A stretch of 62,737 nt of DNA, filler included, from Sphacelaria rigidula (Eukaryota), in the NCBI GenBank assembly GCA_964200075.2. It is 10 parts of 10 records of this genome, joined end to end, with 100 filler letters (N's around TTAATTAATTAA, not from the genome) between each part and the next. Parts side by side here need not be neighbours in the genome. Positions count along the whole stretch, not along the records: positions 12,569 to 18,752 come from CAXNAA020021670.1; positions 18,853 to 25,036 come from CAXNAA020021671.1; positions 25,137 to 31,320 come from CAXNAA020021672.1; 7 more parts are not named here. One strand, given 5' to 3'. The stretch's first letter is position 1, and each line of letters starts with the position of its first letter. Shown piece by piece: positions 12,589 through 25,706 of this stretch. The translations under genes were made by a program, and so were the position numbers. Below the pieces are notes generated by a model that was not told the DNA's origin, did no database searches, and saw only the letters and a program-made list of their open reading frames with translations.

Positions 12589-12730
12589 TCCTTCCAGCTT
12601 GCGACCCCCCGCTCATCTTTTCCTCGTCGCGGGCGCTGCTCATGTCCCCCCCCCCCCCCCTCCCCCTCCCTTCCTTTCCCCCTCCCTTCCTTTCCCCCTC
12701 CCTTCCTTTCCCCCTCCCTTCCTTTCCCCG
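12589..12730. repeat. Polypyrimidine low-complexity repeat (CCTTCCTTTCCCCCT)n
   Basis: Directly visible at the start of contig 3. Confidence 0.8.
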
Positions 12731-14557
12731 TCCATCGCACCTTGCTCGGAGCACTCATTACGATGGTGACACGAACTGGGCGGAGCTGACCATGACAGTT
12801 TAACGCTTGAAACGAGGGCTTGGAATTTTGAGCTAAGATTCAACGCTCAAAGCAGAGGCATCGTTATGTCTGTTTCTCTCGCCGACGCTTCGGGCGCGGT
12901 TCAATAAGTGCCGGCACGAACACCTGCGTCAACAGCTCCTTTTTTTCTGGTGGACTATTGGAATAGTGCAGTCACTTCTGCAGGATACTTCCTTGGTGGC
13001 CACCGCACGCTTGTTGGAGGCGAGCAGGAAAGCTGGAAGACAGAAGGTTGGCTCAGAAAAAAGCTGAAATATTTCCGGCAAACTTTCCGGCAGCCACTAG
13101 TATCGTTTCTGTGAGGTCGGTGGTGAAGGTGTCCAAAAGGTTGATGAGGCCAATGTACGCGCTGCTGCTGCTCATGCTGCTGCTGTGTAAATCGTTCTTG
13201 TCGTCGTGCTCCTTCTCAATTGATGTATCGTTTTCTACATACATGAGAACATTATATGTGCACTGGCCGCCGCATGCGGGGGGTGCCCAAGCAATCAATT
13301 GAACGTTTCACCGGTGATACGAGGAACATGGCATTGCAATGATACAAGAGCTTAGCTTGTGCAGTAGTTGCAAGTCGGACTCATAGAAGTTTACCCTTCC
13401 AGCCTTCTTTCCGCGTCTTGAATTATTCGCCTGTGTCATGAGCCAGCTCTCTTGTAGCACCGTGCTATGTACGTGTGGTATGTTTGGTAAATTGGTAAAA
13501 TCACCAGCGTTTGGTTCGCACGGGAGACATGGTTCATGCACGCTAGAGGGGAAAGATGATGCAGGGACGCTCATTGAAACGTAGGATACATGAACACAGT
13601 TCGATATCCTACGTAATTGCGAGCTTCTAAGAAATGTCTTCTGTACCCCTTCGGTGGACGGTTTACTGTCGGGGTGGCCAAGGGGAGTAAGTGAAGATGA
13701 CGGGCCCCTCGTACAAGAGTAACTGGGACTTAAGAGCCAACTCCCCCAGGAGACAACTTACTCGAACCTGGCTCGGGATCGTGTCACTACCCTCGTACCC
13801 ACCCGATCTCAGTTACCCCTTTGATTGCCAGTCTGCATGATCTTTGAAACGATATCATTTTGACTTGAAGGCGTGTCAGATACCCAGATGACCCACCCTG
13901 ATGGTTCACCAGTTGACGGTAAAGTATTCTGCATTGCAGCATAGCTCTTGTGTGCTCTTCGTTCCGTTGGTATTGGGATGGCGTAAGGTCTCCGGCGGCA
14001 GTGGCTGGCTCCCTCATCAGGTTGAGAGGGCCCCTTGGGGTCGCGAGTACGGTTTCAGGCCCTGTTTAGCGAGCTCAAGGCTCAAAATACACTTGAGACT
14101 TTGACTACCCATCCGATCAAACGCACACTACAATGCTTTTCAGTACACGGTATTGGGGGACTCTCTCCCCCCAAACGCCGTGTCAAAACATACACGGAAC
14201 TGTTGCTATGAAGACGTTACCAAGATCAGAACATTACGCTTTGGATGTTGAACGATGAAAATTGTATACTTATACTACTGGAGGTCACCTTCATGGGTGT
14301 CAAAAGCTGTGAACGGCGCATAGAAGAGGTAAAATATTATTATTTTGGCCGTCCCGCCTGGTCAGCATGCAGCAGCGGATAGCAAGTGCAGGACTGTCCC
14401 GTTGGACCTCGTAGAGGAAATGTAGTTGTACATCAGACAAGTACGTCGTACGAGATATGTAATGCCATAACTCCATGACAAACACTGAAATCTAGACAGC
14501 TGTTGCTGCTTCGAACACGAACTTTTAACTCATGTCCAGAAGATGCTCGTAAAATTT

Positions 14558-17500
14558 CAGGGCTCTTTACGTCACACGTTACACCTCACGCCAAAAATGT
14601 GACGTCTTCATAATAATACGTCACGTTACGTCACATCACCCTTTGTGACGTCTTGAAAAATCATATGTCACTTCACGTCACGACTTAAAAAACGGCACGT
14701 CACCTCACGTCACACTTGTGACGTCTTGAAAAGTCATACGTAACGTCACGGTGACGTATTTTGAAACCTTCATGTGTAACGTGGGACGTAAAAAACGTCA
14801 CGTTTGTGACGTGTGGCGTCACTTGTAAAGTTACACTTTGACCGTCTTGAGGGCAAATAAACGCTTGACGTACGGCGTTATAACGTTTCATGTAACTAAC
14901 GTAACTTGGTACAGGAGGTTCACGGTGGCTGCCTTGTTCGAGCATGAGGCGCGTTCTGATCGCTATTCTGACATTGTAAGAATGCTTTTCAGCAAGTGCA
15001 TCCTTCATGCGTCCCTGACTCTCACATACGTAATGTTATGATACGGATGCACTTTTTGCGCAAAATATTGTCTGGTTCAGGGGCTCCCAACTATTCTAGA
15101 GGCACAAGAGTACATGGGTCAAGTGAGCGCTCACTGGTGTCTCAATGGTCAAATGTCCGCTTGTGGAACAAGAGGTCGGGAGTTCGAGTCTCCAGACGAT
15201 GGAATTGATGGTGGAAATTGAAAGGTGGATAGGGAAGCTTGCGAGGGGCAAGGGGGTCGGAGACCATTGATGTGTCATGCCGGGACGGTCCACATAAGCG
15301 AACAGCATACCCATCGGAGCAGTGAGCGCTCAATGAAGAAATTGTTCGCATCCTGAACAGCATCTCTGTTTGAAAATTCATTGGGGACTTCCCTCGCACA
15401 TTGGAATAGTAATCCTGACTTATTCTCACATAACCCATCATAAATCGTGTGTTGGACGAACAAAGGGGCTCCCAACAATTCTTTCCTCAGAAAATATTTG
15501 CGCGCGCCTACCGTAGCATCAATGACGTTGCAAATCCAAAGAGCTACGGAGTACGTTACATGAATACATTCTTGATGCACGATGAAAAGATAGTGAGACA
15601 CCAAGATGCGCGCAGGCCCCGTGATGTATACACACAAACGCAAGTATGTAGAGATCACACATTGGTGATTCCTGGAAGTCGGTTGGCCTTTCGTAGGGCG
15701 TCAAAACATAGCAATCTGATTCTGTATTGTTATAACCACTTCCTTGCTCACCCAGCAGGGCGTGTATTGTGCAGATCTATTCCCGTGCTACTATACACAT
15801 GACCTGATGATCTGCTGCTACGAATCCAGCCGCGTTCGCAGAGCGGACGTCAAGGTAAAAAATACATGGTGTCTCATTGTGCCAAGAAGAAGGACAAAAA
15901 CTTACACAAAACCGCTCAAATAGAGAAACAAGGTAGAAAATCGGAGGAAAGAAACAACACCGACTAACAGAAGAAAACAAAACGAAACAAGGCAAAACCA
16001 AATAAATCAAAACCAAAACTCCAGAACAGCAGTATAGCCAGGTATAGCCAGCGAACTTGTCGGCGAGGTCACAAGCTCGTTTTACCGTCCGCACCTCTTG
16101 AAAGTCACGGCGTCTCTGATTCCTTCGTTTTTTTTTTGCTACAACTGGTGACGCCAATGAGTAAAAATACGTCACGGTACATCACACTATTGTGACGTCA
16201 CGTTTGTGACGTGTAACGAACTTGTGACGTGCAACGTTACGCGAGGATCTCGACCGCCCGGATGCTGAGAATGTAGGCGAGGATTCAGAGCGGCCAGAGG
16301 CTGCGCTTCCCCTGCTGCTGTGGCCCCCTCTGGTCAAGCAGCCCCCTCTGCTGCACTACTCTCTCCTGCAGCATCCTCTCTCTCTGCTGTGCCATACTCT
16401 GAAGGGGCACCCTGCGCCGCGCTCATCGTTACTGTATCTCGTCGCTTGTTACTTGTTACTATACACGTCGCTCCCACCCCGTCTGCGCTATCGCAGTGAG
16501 AAATTTGAAATTCGAAAATTCGGAACTAGCACTTTCGGATTTGCGATATTCGCCTTCACGTTTTCAGATATTCACGTGTTCTATGGTTGGGTGTGGTGCG
16601 GCGGGGCATGCTATGGCGCTGAACATGCGCTTACATCGCGTGCGTATCATTATGATGGCGTATGCACGCCCTTCTTGAACTCATGTATGACATCATATCA
16701 CAGTTTCGTGTATGTGTACGAGCTGGGCCAGCCAAGAGTAGGTGTGAATCTTGCTCAGGCAACGCACGGCGCGATATTAGAAGTTGGACGCTGAAATTTT
16801 GACAGCAGCTTTTCATGATCGAAATGCAGAAGATCACGGGTCCAGCAAAAAAAAAAAATCACGGACATTCGGAATTTCAGCAATAACCAGATAATGCCAT
16901 AAGTCCAGGAAAAAAATGAGAATCTGCAGCTGGACACGTGAAGTATCAGTTCCTTGGGTGCAGAGGGCCTTTCTGAAATTTCAGCTCAAGACTCGTCGAA
17001 TTGGGCCGTGCGTTCAACATTTTCCGTGATGCTGCCGCACCCCTGTAAATCAAGGATGGGAGACTCCAATTATGGAGGTCATCAGTTCGAATCCCGACAG
17101 GTTCTCTTTTTTTCTCGTCCGTCGTTAAGGTTATACATTATGCAGTACATTTTTTTAATTTTGTTTTTCTTTCATACAGCGGCGGTGCCGTGTGTCACCA
17201 GGTTGGTCTACACTTCACAGTGATATACTTACATCGGGTTCATTCGGGAAACTGGGCGAGCTTTGGTGTGAGCAAGTTTTAGCAGCATTTAAGCTGGCCC
17301 AGCTCGTAGTACATGTATGTGTCCACGAATCTCACACTAATTGCGGTACAAGTAAAGCGTGTGACTCTTGTGACGCTCATTTAGACGTCACAAACATGTA
17401 ACATACAACATGTTACACGTCACAAATAACGTTTCAAAATACGTTGATGTGACGTCTCAATTAAAATACGTCACGTCACGTCACATTTGTGACGTCTTGA

Positions 17501-17676
17501 AAACTGATACGTCACGTCACGTCACGTCACGTCACATTTTTTTACCGTCATGTCACGTCACGTAACATGTGTGACGTCTTGGAAAAAAATACGTCACATC
17601 ACGTCACACCGTTGTGACGTGACGTGACGTGACGTGACGTGTAACGATCGTGTGACTTGAAACGTAAAAAGCCCTG
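14558..17676. mobile_element. Complete non-autonomous hAT-type element (3.1 kb)
   Basis: TIRs CAGGGCTCTTTACGT / ACGTAAAAAGCCCTG. 8-bp TSD TAAAATTT (14550-14557) versus TAACATTT (17677-17684). Dense GTCAC/GTGAC subterminal arrays at both ends. Confidence 0.88.
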
Positions 17677-18440
17677 TAACATTTCGACTCAAACTCCTAA
17701 AATTGGGCGGGGCATTTCACTTTTTTTTGTGTGACACCGCTGCACCCCGGTAACCTACGTGATACAACAGACTCCTGTTACAGACCGGTTCACGCCTACC
17801 ACCCAAAACCGTTTCATCAGCATATTAAATGCCGTTCGCAATCCCTACCCAATGTCACATACATGAAAACATATATATACTGACCGCTATGGACAGCTGA
17901 AGAGCACGACATAGCTGGATTTGTGTTTGATGTCATCGTGGTGGCGCTAAGGGCGAAAAAGTAATTCGACCAATCAGCGTCCTTCAAATTGTTCTGAAAT
18001 CGAAAGTACTAAATACGACAAGCCCTTTTCTTAAGGGGTGGTAAAAGACGTGACACTAACGTGGAGGATGGCCGACAAATTTGTAGCTTTCCTGCTCAGC
18101 CTGTGTGCGAATTTTACTTCGCAAATCATGTGTACGCCAATCGATCATACACATTGTTCGGTATCTGTTCACACCACCATGAGGTAGCCCACGAAAGAGT
18201 AAGTGATGGGCGCAACTAGGGTATGTACTGTCTGTCGTGGTCAAAATGATTCCGATTCAGACGCGGAAACGTGGCAGATCAGATGCAGGATGCTTTTTGT
18301 ACATAATATGAGCAGTGCTGTCACGTGTTGTAGCAAAATGTTCGTACAGGGAAAGGAAGCCGGATTTAAGCTCTCAAAGCAATATCTCAACGACACAGAC
18401 GAGTTGGGCCGTGACCTGCACATCGTATTGATCGTTTGAT

Positions 18441-18752
18441 CATGGGGAAAATGCCCATGTGCTCAGAAATCTGGGCCATTTTTTTCTCGTTGATAAAATC
18501 TCATGTTGAGTAATTCCTATACCGTACGGAGATAGCGGCAATACTAAAGTCTATTTGAAACCCCCGAACGATATATACAGCGGATGATGATGATTTTTGG
18601 TGTAGACATTTCCTGGAGAACGGGGAAACGATCGATACCTCCATTTTTGCCTAGTTCGTTATCTTTCTCGAGATATGACGCACATAATTTTCGATACTAA
18701 AACCAACATATAACAGCCGATTATATATTTTGGGGTTCATACAAAATATGGG
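18441..18752 (+). repeat. Dispersed repeat, DNA-transposon-like end; second copy at 56555-56790
   Basis: Colinear similarity TTTTCTCGTTGAT...GGAGATAGCG...CTCGAGATATG...TTTCGATACTAAAA in both places, each next to a contig end. Confidence 0.8.
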
Positions 18753-18853
18753 NNNNNNNNNNNNNNNNNNNNNNNNNNNNNNNNNNNNNNNNNNNNTTAA
18801 TTAATTAANNNNNNNNNNNNNNNNNNNNNNNNNNNNNNNNNNNNNNNNNNNNC

Positions 18854-19678
18854 GTATCGAGTCCGTCGCCGATGTCACCACCTACCACTGTGCAACCGGT
18901 GGACTCGCCCCTTACCCGCAGTCGATCGCCGGCTTCCCCACCTACACCGGACTCTGCCCCTACCACCGACCAACCGGTGGACTCGCGTTCCGTGCCGAGT
19001 CCGTCGCCGATGTCATCCCCAACCCCTGAGCAACCAGTGGACTCGCCCGTTTCCCGCAGTCGATCGCCGGCTTCGTCGCCTACGTCGGATGCCGCCCCCA
19101 CCACAGATCAACCGGTGGACTCACGTTCCGTATCGAGTCCGTCGCCGATGTCACCACCTACCACTGTGCAACCGGTGGACTCGCCCCTTACCCGCAGTCG
19201 ATCGCCGGCTTCCCCACCGACGCCGGACTCTGCCCCGACCACCGACCAACCGGTGGACTCGCGTTCTGTGTCGAGTCCGTCGCCGATGTCATCCCCAACC
19301 CCTGAGCAACCAGTGGACTCACCCGTTCCCCGCAGTCGATCGCCGGCTTCGTCGCCCACGTCGGATGCCGCCCCCACCACAGATCAACCGGTGGACTCGC
19401 GTTCCGTATCGAGTCCGTCGCCGATGTCACCACCTACCACTGTGCAACCGGTGGACTCGCCCCTTACCCGCAGTCGATCGCCGGCTTCCCCACCTACGCC
19501 GGGCTCTATCCCGACCACTGATCAACCGGTGGACTCGCCTTCCGTTAGAAGTCAATCGCCGGTTTTGCCCTCACCAACTGATCAGCCGACGATCTTATCC
19601 CCGACCAGTGATATCCCTTTACAGTCCCCCATCACATCATCCCCCCTTGTGTCGCCGACAGCGGTCCCACAGCCAAGG
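18854..19678 (+). CDS. Internal exon, Pro/Ser/Thr-rich repeat (QPVDS x10) of a mucin/extensin-like protein
   Basis: Open frame with a 276-nt higher-order repeat, ending at donor AGG|GTACGT. 5' end truncated by the contig end. Confidence 0.75.
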
Positions 19679-22366
19679 GTACGTGTGCGGTTGAGTAGTG
19701 TTCATATCTGAACAAGTTTGACCTACGGTACTGGTACGTAGTATAGCTTTCATTCAATCCCGTCGTGGCGGCCCTTCATCTCGGTTACTCCGGGTGCGAG
19801 CAGTTCAATATTTCATGTTGTAGTGGTTCAGCGTTTGTGGTACTCCAGGTGAGACGGTTCCAGTTGTTTCGTGACCGCATGTGTTGCCACTCTCAATCTC
19901 CCCTCTGCCCCGTGTGACCTGTCGGCCGCGATATCGTCTTCTCGCTCCTGCAGACTCCAGAGCCGGCGATTGCTCCAACGGCGGCACAACCGACGGTTGA
20001 GGTGTGTACAAGTGTGTGAGCACGATGCGTGCCATCCTGGGTATTGCGTGTTTACGACGTATTCGTCCGTGTATCGCGTTGACAGGTGTTTCGAGTTCAA
20101 GTCACTCGGCAAGCCTCCCCGGTGCGTCATATATGCTTCCATTTTTCTTGAAGTTGGGTCAGTTTTTTTTCAAATGAAGGAAGAAGAACACGGAAGAAAT
20201 ACAGTGTTGGGTTGTCATCTAGTCGCAGAGTGCTTTGCGGGCCCGTACTCCACTGTTTTTTTTTCGTCGTGTGATCCCTAAAAAGTGTTGCACGAACCAC
20301 GTGCCAAATCACAGGGAGAAACATTTGAATGGGGCAAAACTCATGCAGTATCGAAGTTAAGATTGTATTGAATACATAGTTTTTCCTGCTTCCTCGGTTG
20401 CGATGAAGGCGATGTGTAATGCCTTCAGCTGCTCTTACCCAAGGATCACTCCCCCAGGGCCAGTTCGCTCTGAACGTACTTGAACTTCATCCTTGACGGC
20501 GACGAGCGTTCGATAAGGTGCAGCTGCTCAACAACCATCGGTTTACTGCCACCTGCAAGCAGCCGACGCGCGGGCATTGACCTACGCGCACTGGCCAATC
20601 CGGTCGTCCACGAAAACGCCCACCCACCCAACCGAATTCTATTGTGTTCGCAAGGGGAGAATTGATTGCAGTCACCGCATCAATTTTTGTCGGCGTCCGA
20701 AGATTGGATTGAAACACTGGCTAATAACCCCTGTGCGTGCTGGGTATGTGCTATTTTCGTCCTATTTTTGTGTGGGCGACCGTGTTTCCTGGTCTCGGTT
20801 GTTGATTTGTTTTGAGAGTGGAATTCTCAACGTACTCCCCGTCTTTCTTCGTTTACGGCCTCGTGGTGTACATGAGAAAGGGGCAAGAACGCAGCACGTT
20901 GTACGGATCAAGTCTTGAGGATTCGAATGACTGATTGAAGTAAAACGCTTTGGAATTAACTCATGGTCCTGTCGAAGTAGGGTATTCACCTCGTGTGGTG
21001 TGTCTCTGCACTTGTGTCGGTACACACCACATTCATTCGTGCGTACGGGGTACTGAACATGCCTCACGAAGAAGGATGCAAATCACGAGAATGGGCTGGA
21101 AGGCCAAGATAGTAATGGATATGAGACTGCAGTGTTGCACGCCCCCCGACATGAACGTTCTGTGTCATTTCACGTACCCTCTCAGTACGCTGCGTGTGGG
21201 TTTGCATCGCGATTCGTTTGTACGCTTCATTTCCATCATCCAAACATTGAAAGGCGGCACCCCGTCTTTTCCCCGCGTTCTCGCCCTCGCTCGTACTGCA
21301 CTTGGTTCGTGTTTTCCGCAGCCGAGTCCGCGTGTGCCTGTCCCAACATCGAGCGATGGACCGGTAGGTGAGTGGCTTTTCGACAGGAGACGGCGCGCAT
21401 TCAGTACCTTCTGTTCCATCACCTCACGCTGTAAATTAATTAATTCCGGTGTTCATTTTCCGAGCGTATTAGAACATGAAGATATCTTGTTGCCGGAACA
21501 TGAATCCCGCGGTACGTCATTTTTGTCCCCCTTCCTCTCGGGTTCTAGCTATTCCTTGGGAAAGGGTTGGGGTCAGGGTCAGCTTCAGGATTTGACAACA
21601 ACAAAGTATTTAACGAGTGTAGATTGCCGCCTAGCTCAGGCCAATGTAAGTTCTTCCTCACGTGTGACGATGGATGGACGGGCGTTGAAACGCGCAATGC
21701 AGGCGCAAATTTTGCCTCCAGGTATGCATGGAGACGAGGAGGCGACAGGTGACCTCATATTCCTGTTTCAGTCTTTTTTCCCCATTCCTCGTGAGGAGGA
21801 CCGCGTAATCCCAAGAAGTTATCCATGCACTTATTTTGCCGAACGCTGGATTGAATGAGGGTATGTGATGGGGTAAGCCAGCTTCATGAAATAGAAAAGG
21901 AGAATGTCATAAATTAGTGTGGAAGTCAAACGTGTAGCCGCATGTAAAGATGGCAGAGCTGGACCTCGTTTCGAAGTGCTGAAAATGGCGATCTTCAGCT
22001 TGTACACTTGTGTGATCAATCGAGACTGAACTTACTGAGGTGGTCGCCTAAAAGTGCGAAGCAATCGGTCGTGACGTCTATCCTGTAACCACAGCGTCAT
22101 CCGTAGCGGATCAGTAAAATTGGCGTGGATATTTTCGTCATCAATCCATCATGAACGCAAAGCGCTTCGCTAGTTGCCGTTCTTTCTGTGGTACGGCATT
22201 CTCAAGAAACAGCGACGGTGTGACACATGTACTGACCGACCTTCACACACACACGAGCATTTGGGATCGTGGCTCATTGCCCCCGTGTGTGTCCGTAATT
22301 ATCTCCGTGCCGCACGTTTGTCTCGTCCGCGATTTCGTCCTCTAATCGTCACCGCACGATTGTTAG

Positions 22367-23190
22367 CACTGCCATCGGCTGGAACGGTTGAACCGACGGC
22401 GATTTCAGGGTCGCCACCCGTGGCGACACCCCGCGTCATACCAACACAATCCCCCACCCCCTCTTCTAGACCTGACGCGCCTACAGCGGAAGATATTTCT
22501 ACGGCACAGCCCGTGGATACTACCGTTACCACACCCGCTCAACCTACCAATCCGGGAATGACTACTCCGCCGATGGCCAATCCTCCCACTGCCTCCACAA
22601 CAGACCAACCGAGCACAGAATCTCCCGCTGCAAACCCACCAAGTCAAACCTTTGCCCCTCCTTCCCCACACGCTTCTGTTGCTCCCTCTGTTACCTCGCC
22701 CCCGGCGCCCGCTGCACCCGCAGTGACCACCGAGTCGCCTATTCCGACCTCCCCTGTGGTATCCCCAACCACTGCAGGTCCGACTGAAGGTGCACGCCCT
22801 CCCCAACCCACGGCACCAACGGGTACCTCATCGCCGCGGGGTTCACTTCGAGGAACTGCCATGCCTAGTGCTGTTGGTACACCGAATCCGGCCCCGTCTG
22901 CTCCACAACCCCCTGCGTCACCCACGGCGCCACCTTTGACAGAGCGGGCACCAAACGCCACTGATGAAACCCCTGGGAGCTCGAGTACCCCGCCGCCGAG
23001 TCCTGCAACAACCTACGCACCATTTACTCCTCAGCCATTGGTGTTGGAGCCAGTCGTCGAAGAATCTGCTGATCTTACCACCACGGCGGTCACCGGTGCT
23101 GTGGCGGGCTCTGCTACGGTGGTAACTGTAACGTCCATCACAGCCGCAACAGGCGCCGCTGCGGGAGCGGGGGCGGGGGCGGGGGCAACG
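22367..23190 (+). CDS. Internal exon, Pro/Thr/Ser-rich stalk ending in an Ala/Val/Thr hydrophobic stretch
   Basis: Branch-like CTAAT at ~22342, acceptor TTGTTAG|, donor ACG|GTGAGT (phase 0). Open frame LPSAGTVEPT...AVTGAVAGSATVVTVTSITAATGAAAGAGAGAGAT. Confidence 0.8.
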
Positions 23191-24292
23191 GTGAGTACCT
23201 CGCGTCGTTGATATTGTTTTTTCAGGGCTCAAATCTTTGTATTATGATGACCAACGCACGTTCTGCGCGGCCTCGGCAGCGGTCAGGTTCTCGTTACCGG
23301 TTGGCACTCTCAACCCTAGGAAGCCCATTCTGCTTGCTGGGGTGTCCCGACTGATAGCCCCGGGAGTTCGTTGTAGTCGTTTTCCGTAAGCGCCGATGTG
23401 CTTCGCTGAGACTTGCGGTCAGCGGCCAAAAAACTTATGCTGTCGCACCTTCTTGTCATGGTGGGGGGATTGCGTGCAGTTTTCTTCTTGTCTTGATGAA
23501 TTTGCTTCACGGCATTGGAAATGCTCATGGATGACCAGCTACGTCCGCGATTTGGTCGTCACTTTTCAGAAATATGTGACAACCGATGCCTCGGTGCGGA
23601 CACCTTGTGCATGAAGGCGCACGAGGAGCCGTCCCATCGAGACGAGAAAATGACAAGCAAATGATGAGAATGAGAGTGATCGTAACACACAAGCCCACGT
23701 GTGGAAACCGATTCATCTTTCCTTCCGCACTTTCATGATGGTCTTCCATTCAAAACTGGATTTTCACTGCTTGGCCCCGGAATGCGTGGCATATGCGTGG
23801 CAACAGCGATTTCACGTATGCGTTTTGTTTACCCACAAGGACCTGTGTGAATCCTTCCGAAGCTTGCTCTTTATCCCCATCAACGACGTGGGTGTCGAAT
23901 AGGTTCGTTTGCATGTGAAAATCACATTCAATACGTCGACATCAGTCACTTTGTTCGTCGTGCAATATTCTTTTAATCTAACTGGTGTTATGAATCATTG
24001 ATCGATCGCATTTGGTATGGTTCGGCCAGGGACGTGGTGTGCTGATCAAACATGAGGACAATCTGTAGGAAGTTGCACCAACACACATATGCTGCGAACG
24101 AACTCTTGAGGAATCTCATCACATTGCATACACTTCTGTTGAAGGATTGCAACACACCCGGTACGTTTTGATCACAAGCATGCTGCCTGATTCATGTACC
24201 CATTTCAGTCTTCGCCTTATTGCGTTTTTCTCGACGGGTAAACTAATCGCCCCAATGATCTACACACGCACGCGCACACTTGGCCGCTAAAG

Positions 24293-25036
24293 GGAGCCGC
24301 CGCTGCAGCAGGGTCCACCGCAGCGGCGGGCACGAGTGCCGCAGCCGCGGTGGCTGGGGGCGGAGCGTCGGCCTCCGGCGGAGCGGCGATGAGCGGCGCT
24401 GCTGGCGCCGCAGGCGCTGCCGGTACCGGCGGTGCTACTGGAGCTACTACAGCTGCTGGCGGTGGTGCTGGAGTCACCACAGTTGCTGGGGGTGGTGCCA
24501 CTGGAGCTAGTACGGCCGCCGGCGGTGGAGCTACTGGAGCCACCACAGCCGCGGGCAGTGGGGCTACTGGAGCCACCACGGGCGCTGGCGGTGGGGCTAC
24601 TGGAGCCACCACAGGCGCTGGGGGTGGTGCCACGGGGGCTCCCACAGGCACTGGTGGTGGGGCTACTGGAGCCACTACATCAGGTGGCGGTGGGGCTACT
24701 GGAACCACTACAGCTCCTCGCGGTGGTGCCACTGGAGCTACCACAGGCACTGGCGGTGGGACTACTGGAGCTACTACGGCTCCTGTCGGTAATGACAGTG
24801 GGGTTACCGCAGGCACTGGCGGTGGGACTACTGGGACTACTACAGCTCCTGCCGGTAATGGCACTGGGGTTACCGCAGGCACTGGCGGTGGGACTACTGG
24901 ATCCACTACAGCTCCTGGTGGTGGTGGCACTGGGGTTACCGCAGGCACTGGTGGTGGAGCTACTGGGACTGCTACAGCTCCTGCCGGTAATGGCACTGGG
25001 GTTACCGCAGGCACTGGCGGTGGGACTACTGGGACT
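24293..25036 (+). CDS. Internal exon, Gly/Ala/Thr repeat (11-aa then 22-aa units), same gene as 22367-23190
   Basis: ACTAAT branch-like site at 24242 and acceptor CTAAAG|GGA in phase 0, matching the upstream donor. Runs to the contig end. Confidence 0.8.
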
Positions 25037-25136
25037 NNNNNNNNNNNNNNNNNNNNNNNNNNNNNNNNNNNNNNNNNNNNTTAATTAATTAANNNNNNNN
25101 NNNNNNNNNNNNNNNNNNNNNNNNNNNNNNNNNNNN

Positions 25137-25706
25137 GACATCTCGAATGCTGTGCGGGCGGTGGCGAGGCACTCTCACGAGCCAAAGAAGAGCCACTGGA
25201 AGGCAGCCCAGAAGATTCTGAATTATCTTCTGGAAACGGCACATCTAACTTTGAAGTTCAAGCAGGACATTACGGTAGACGTAGGCACGTTGGTGTACGT
25301 AGATGCCGACTTTGCAAGCAAGGCCACTGACCGTAGATCAGTTTCGGGAGCGTTGGTTTTTGTAGCTGCCATGCTTGTATTTTGGATTTCTATAACGCAG
25401 AAATGCGTTTCACAGTCGACTTCTGAAGCAGAGTATCTTGCGATGGGTGATGGTGTGAAAGAGGCTTCGTTTGTGAACGGAATGCTTCAGTTCTTGAGGC
25501 CTTGTGTGAAGCCTCGTAAGATTGAAGTCATTGAGGACAACGAGGGTGCGATTGCGCTTGCAGAGAATCCGCTTAGCTCGTGCAGGAGTAAGCACATTGA
25601 CGTGAGGCACCACTTTCTTAGGAATTTGACCGAGGAGGGTGTGATCGAGACCACGCATGTTTCCAGCGAAAAACAACATGCGGACATCCTCACGAAGGCT
25701 CGCCCA
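25137..25706 (+). mobile_element. pol: Ty1/Copia RT C-terminus and RNase H fragment
   Basis: DISNAVRAVAR...HWKAAQKILNYL...YVDADFA...DRRSVSG...STSEAEY...EDNEGAIALAENP...RSKHIDVRHHF...QHADILTKA. Similarity stops just after LTKA and no 3' LTR follows. Confidence 0.95.

Noticed and set aside
18854..19560. Regularly spaced CAACCGGTGGACTC repeats resembling a CRISPR array
   Set aside because: The spacers are themselves repeated and keep one reading frame. It is a coding repeat in a eukaryotic exon and no cas genes are present.
20950..21858. 302-aa ORF inside the repeat-protein gene
   Set aside because: Non-ATG start, no recognisable motif, and intron-like composition. Treated as a chance ORF, though it could hide a small exon.
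24217..25014. Minus-strand Pro/Val/Ala ORF of 265 aa and the alternative Leu-rich + frame
   Set aside because: Shadow frames of the Gly/Ala/Thr repeat exon. Splice signals support only the + strand G/A/T frame.
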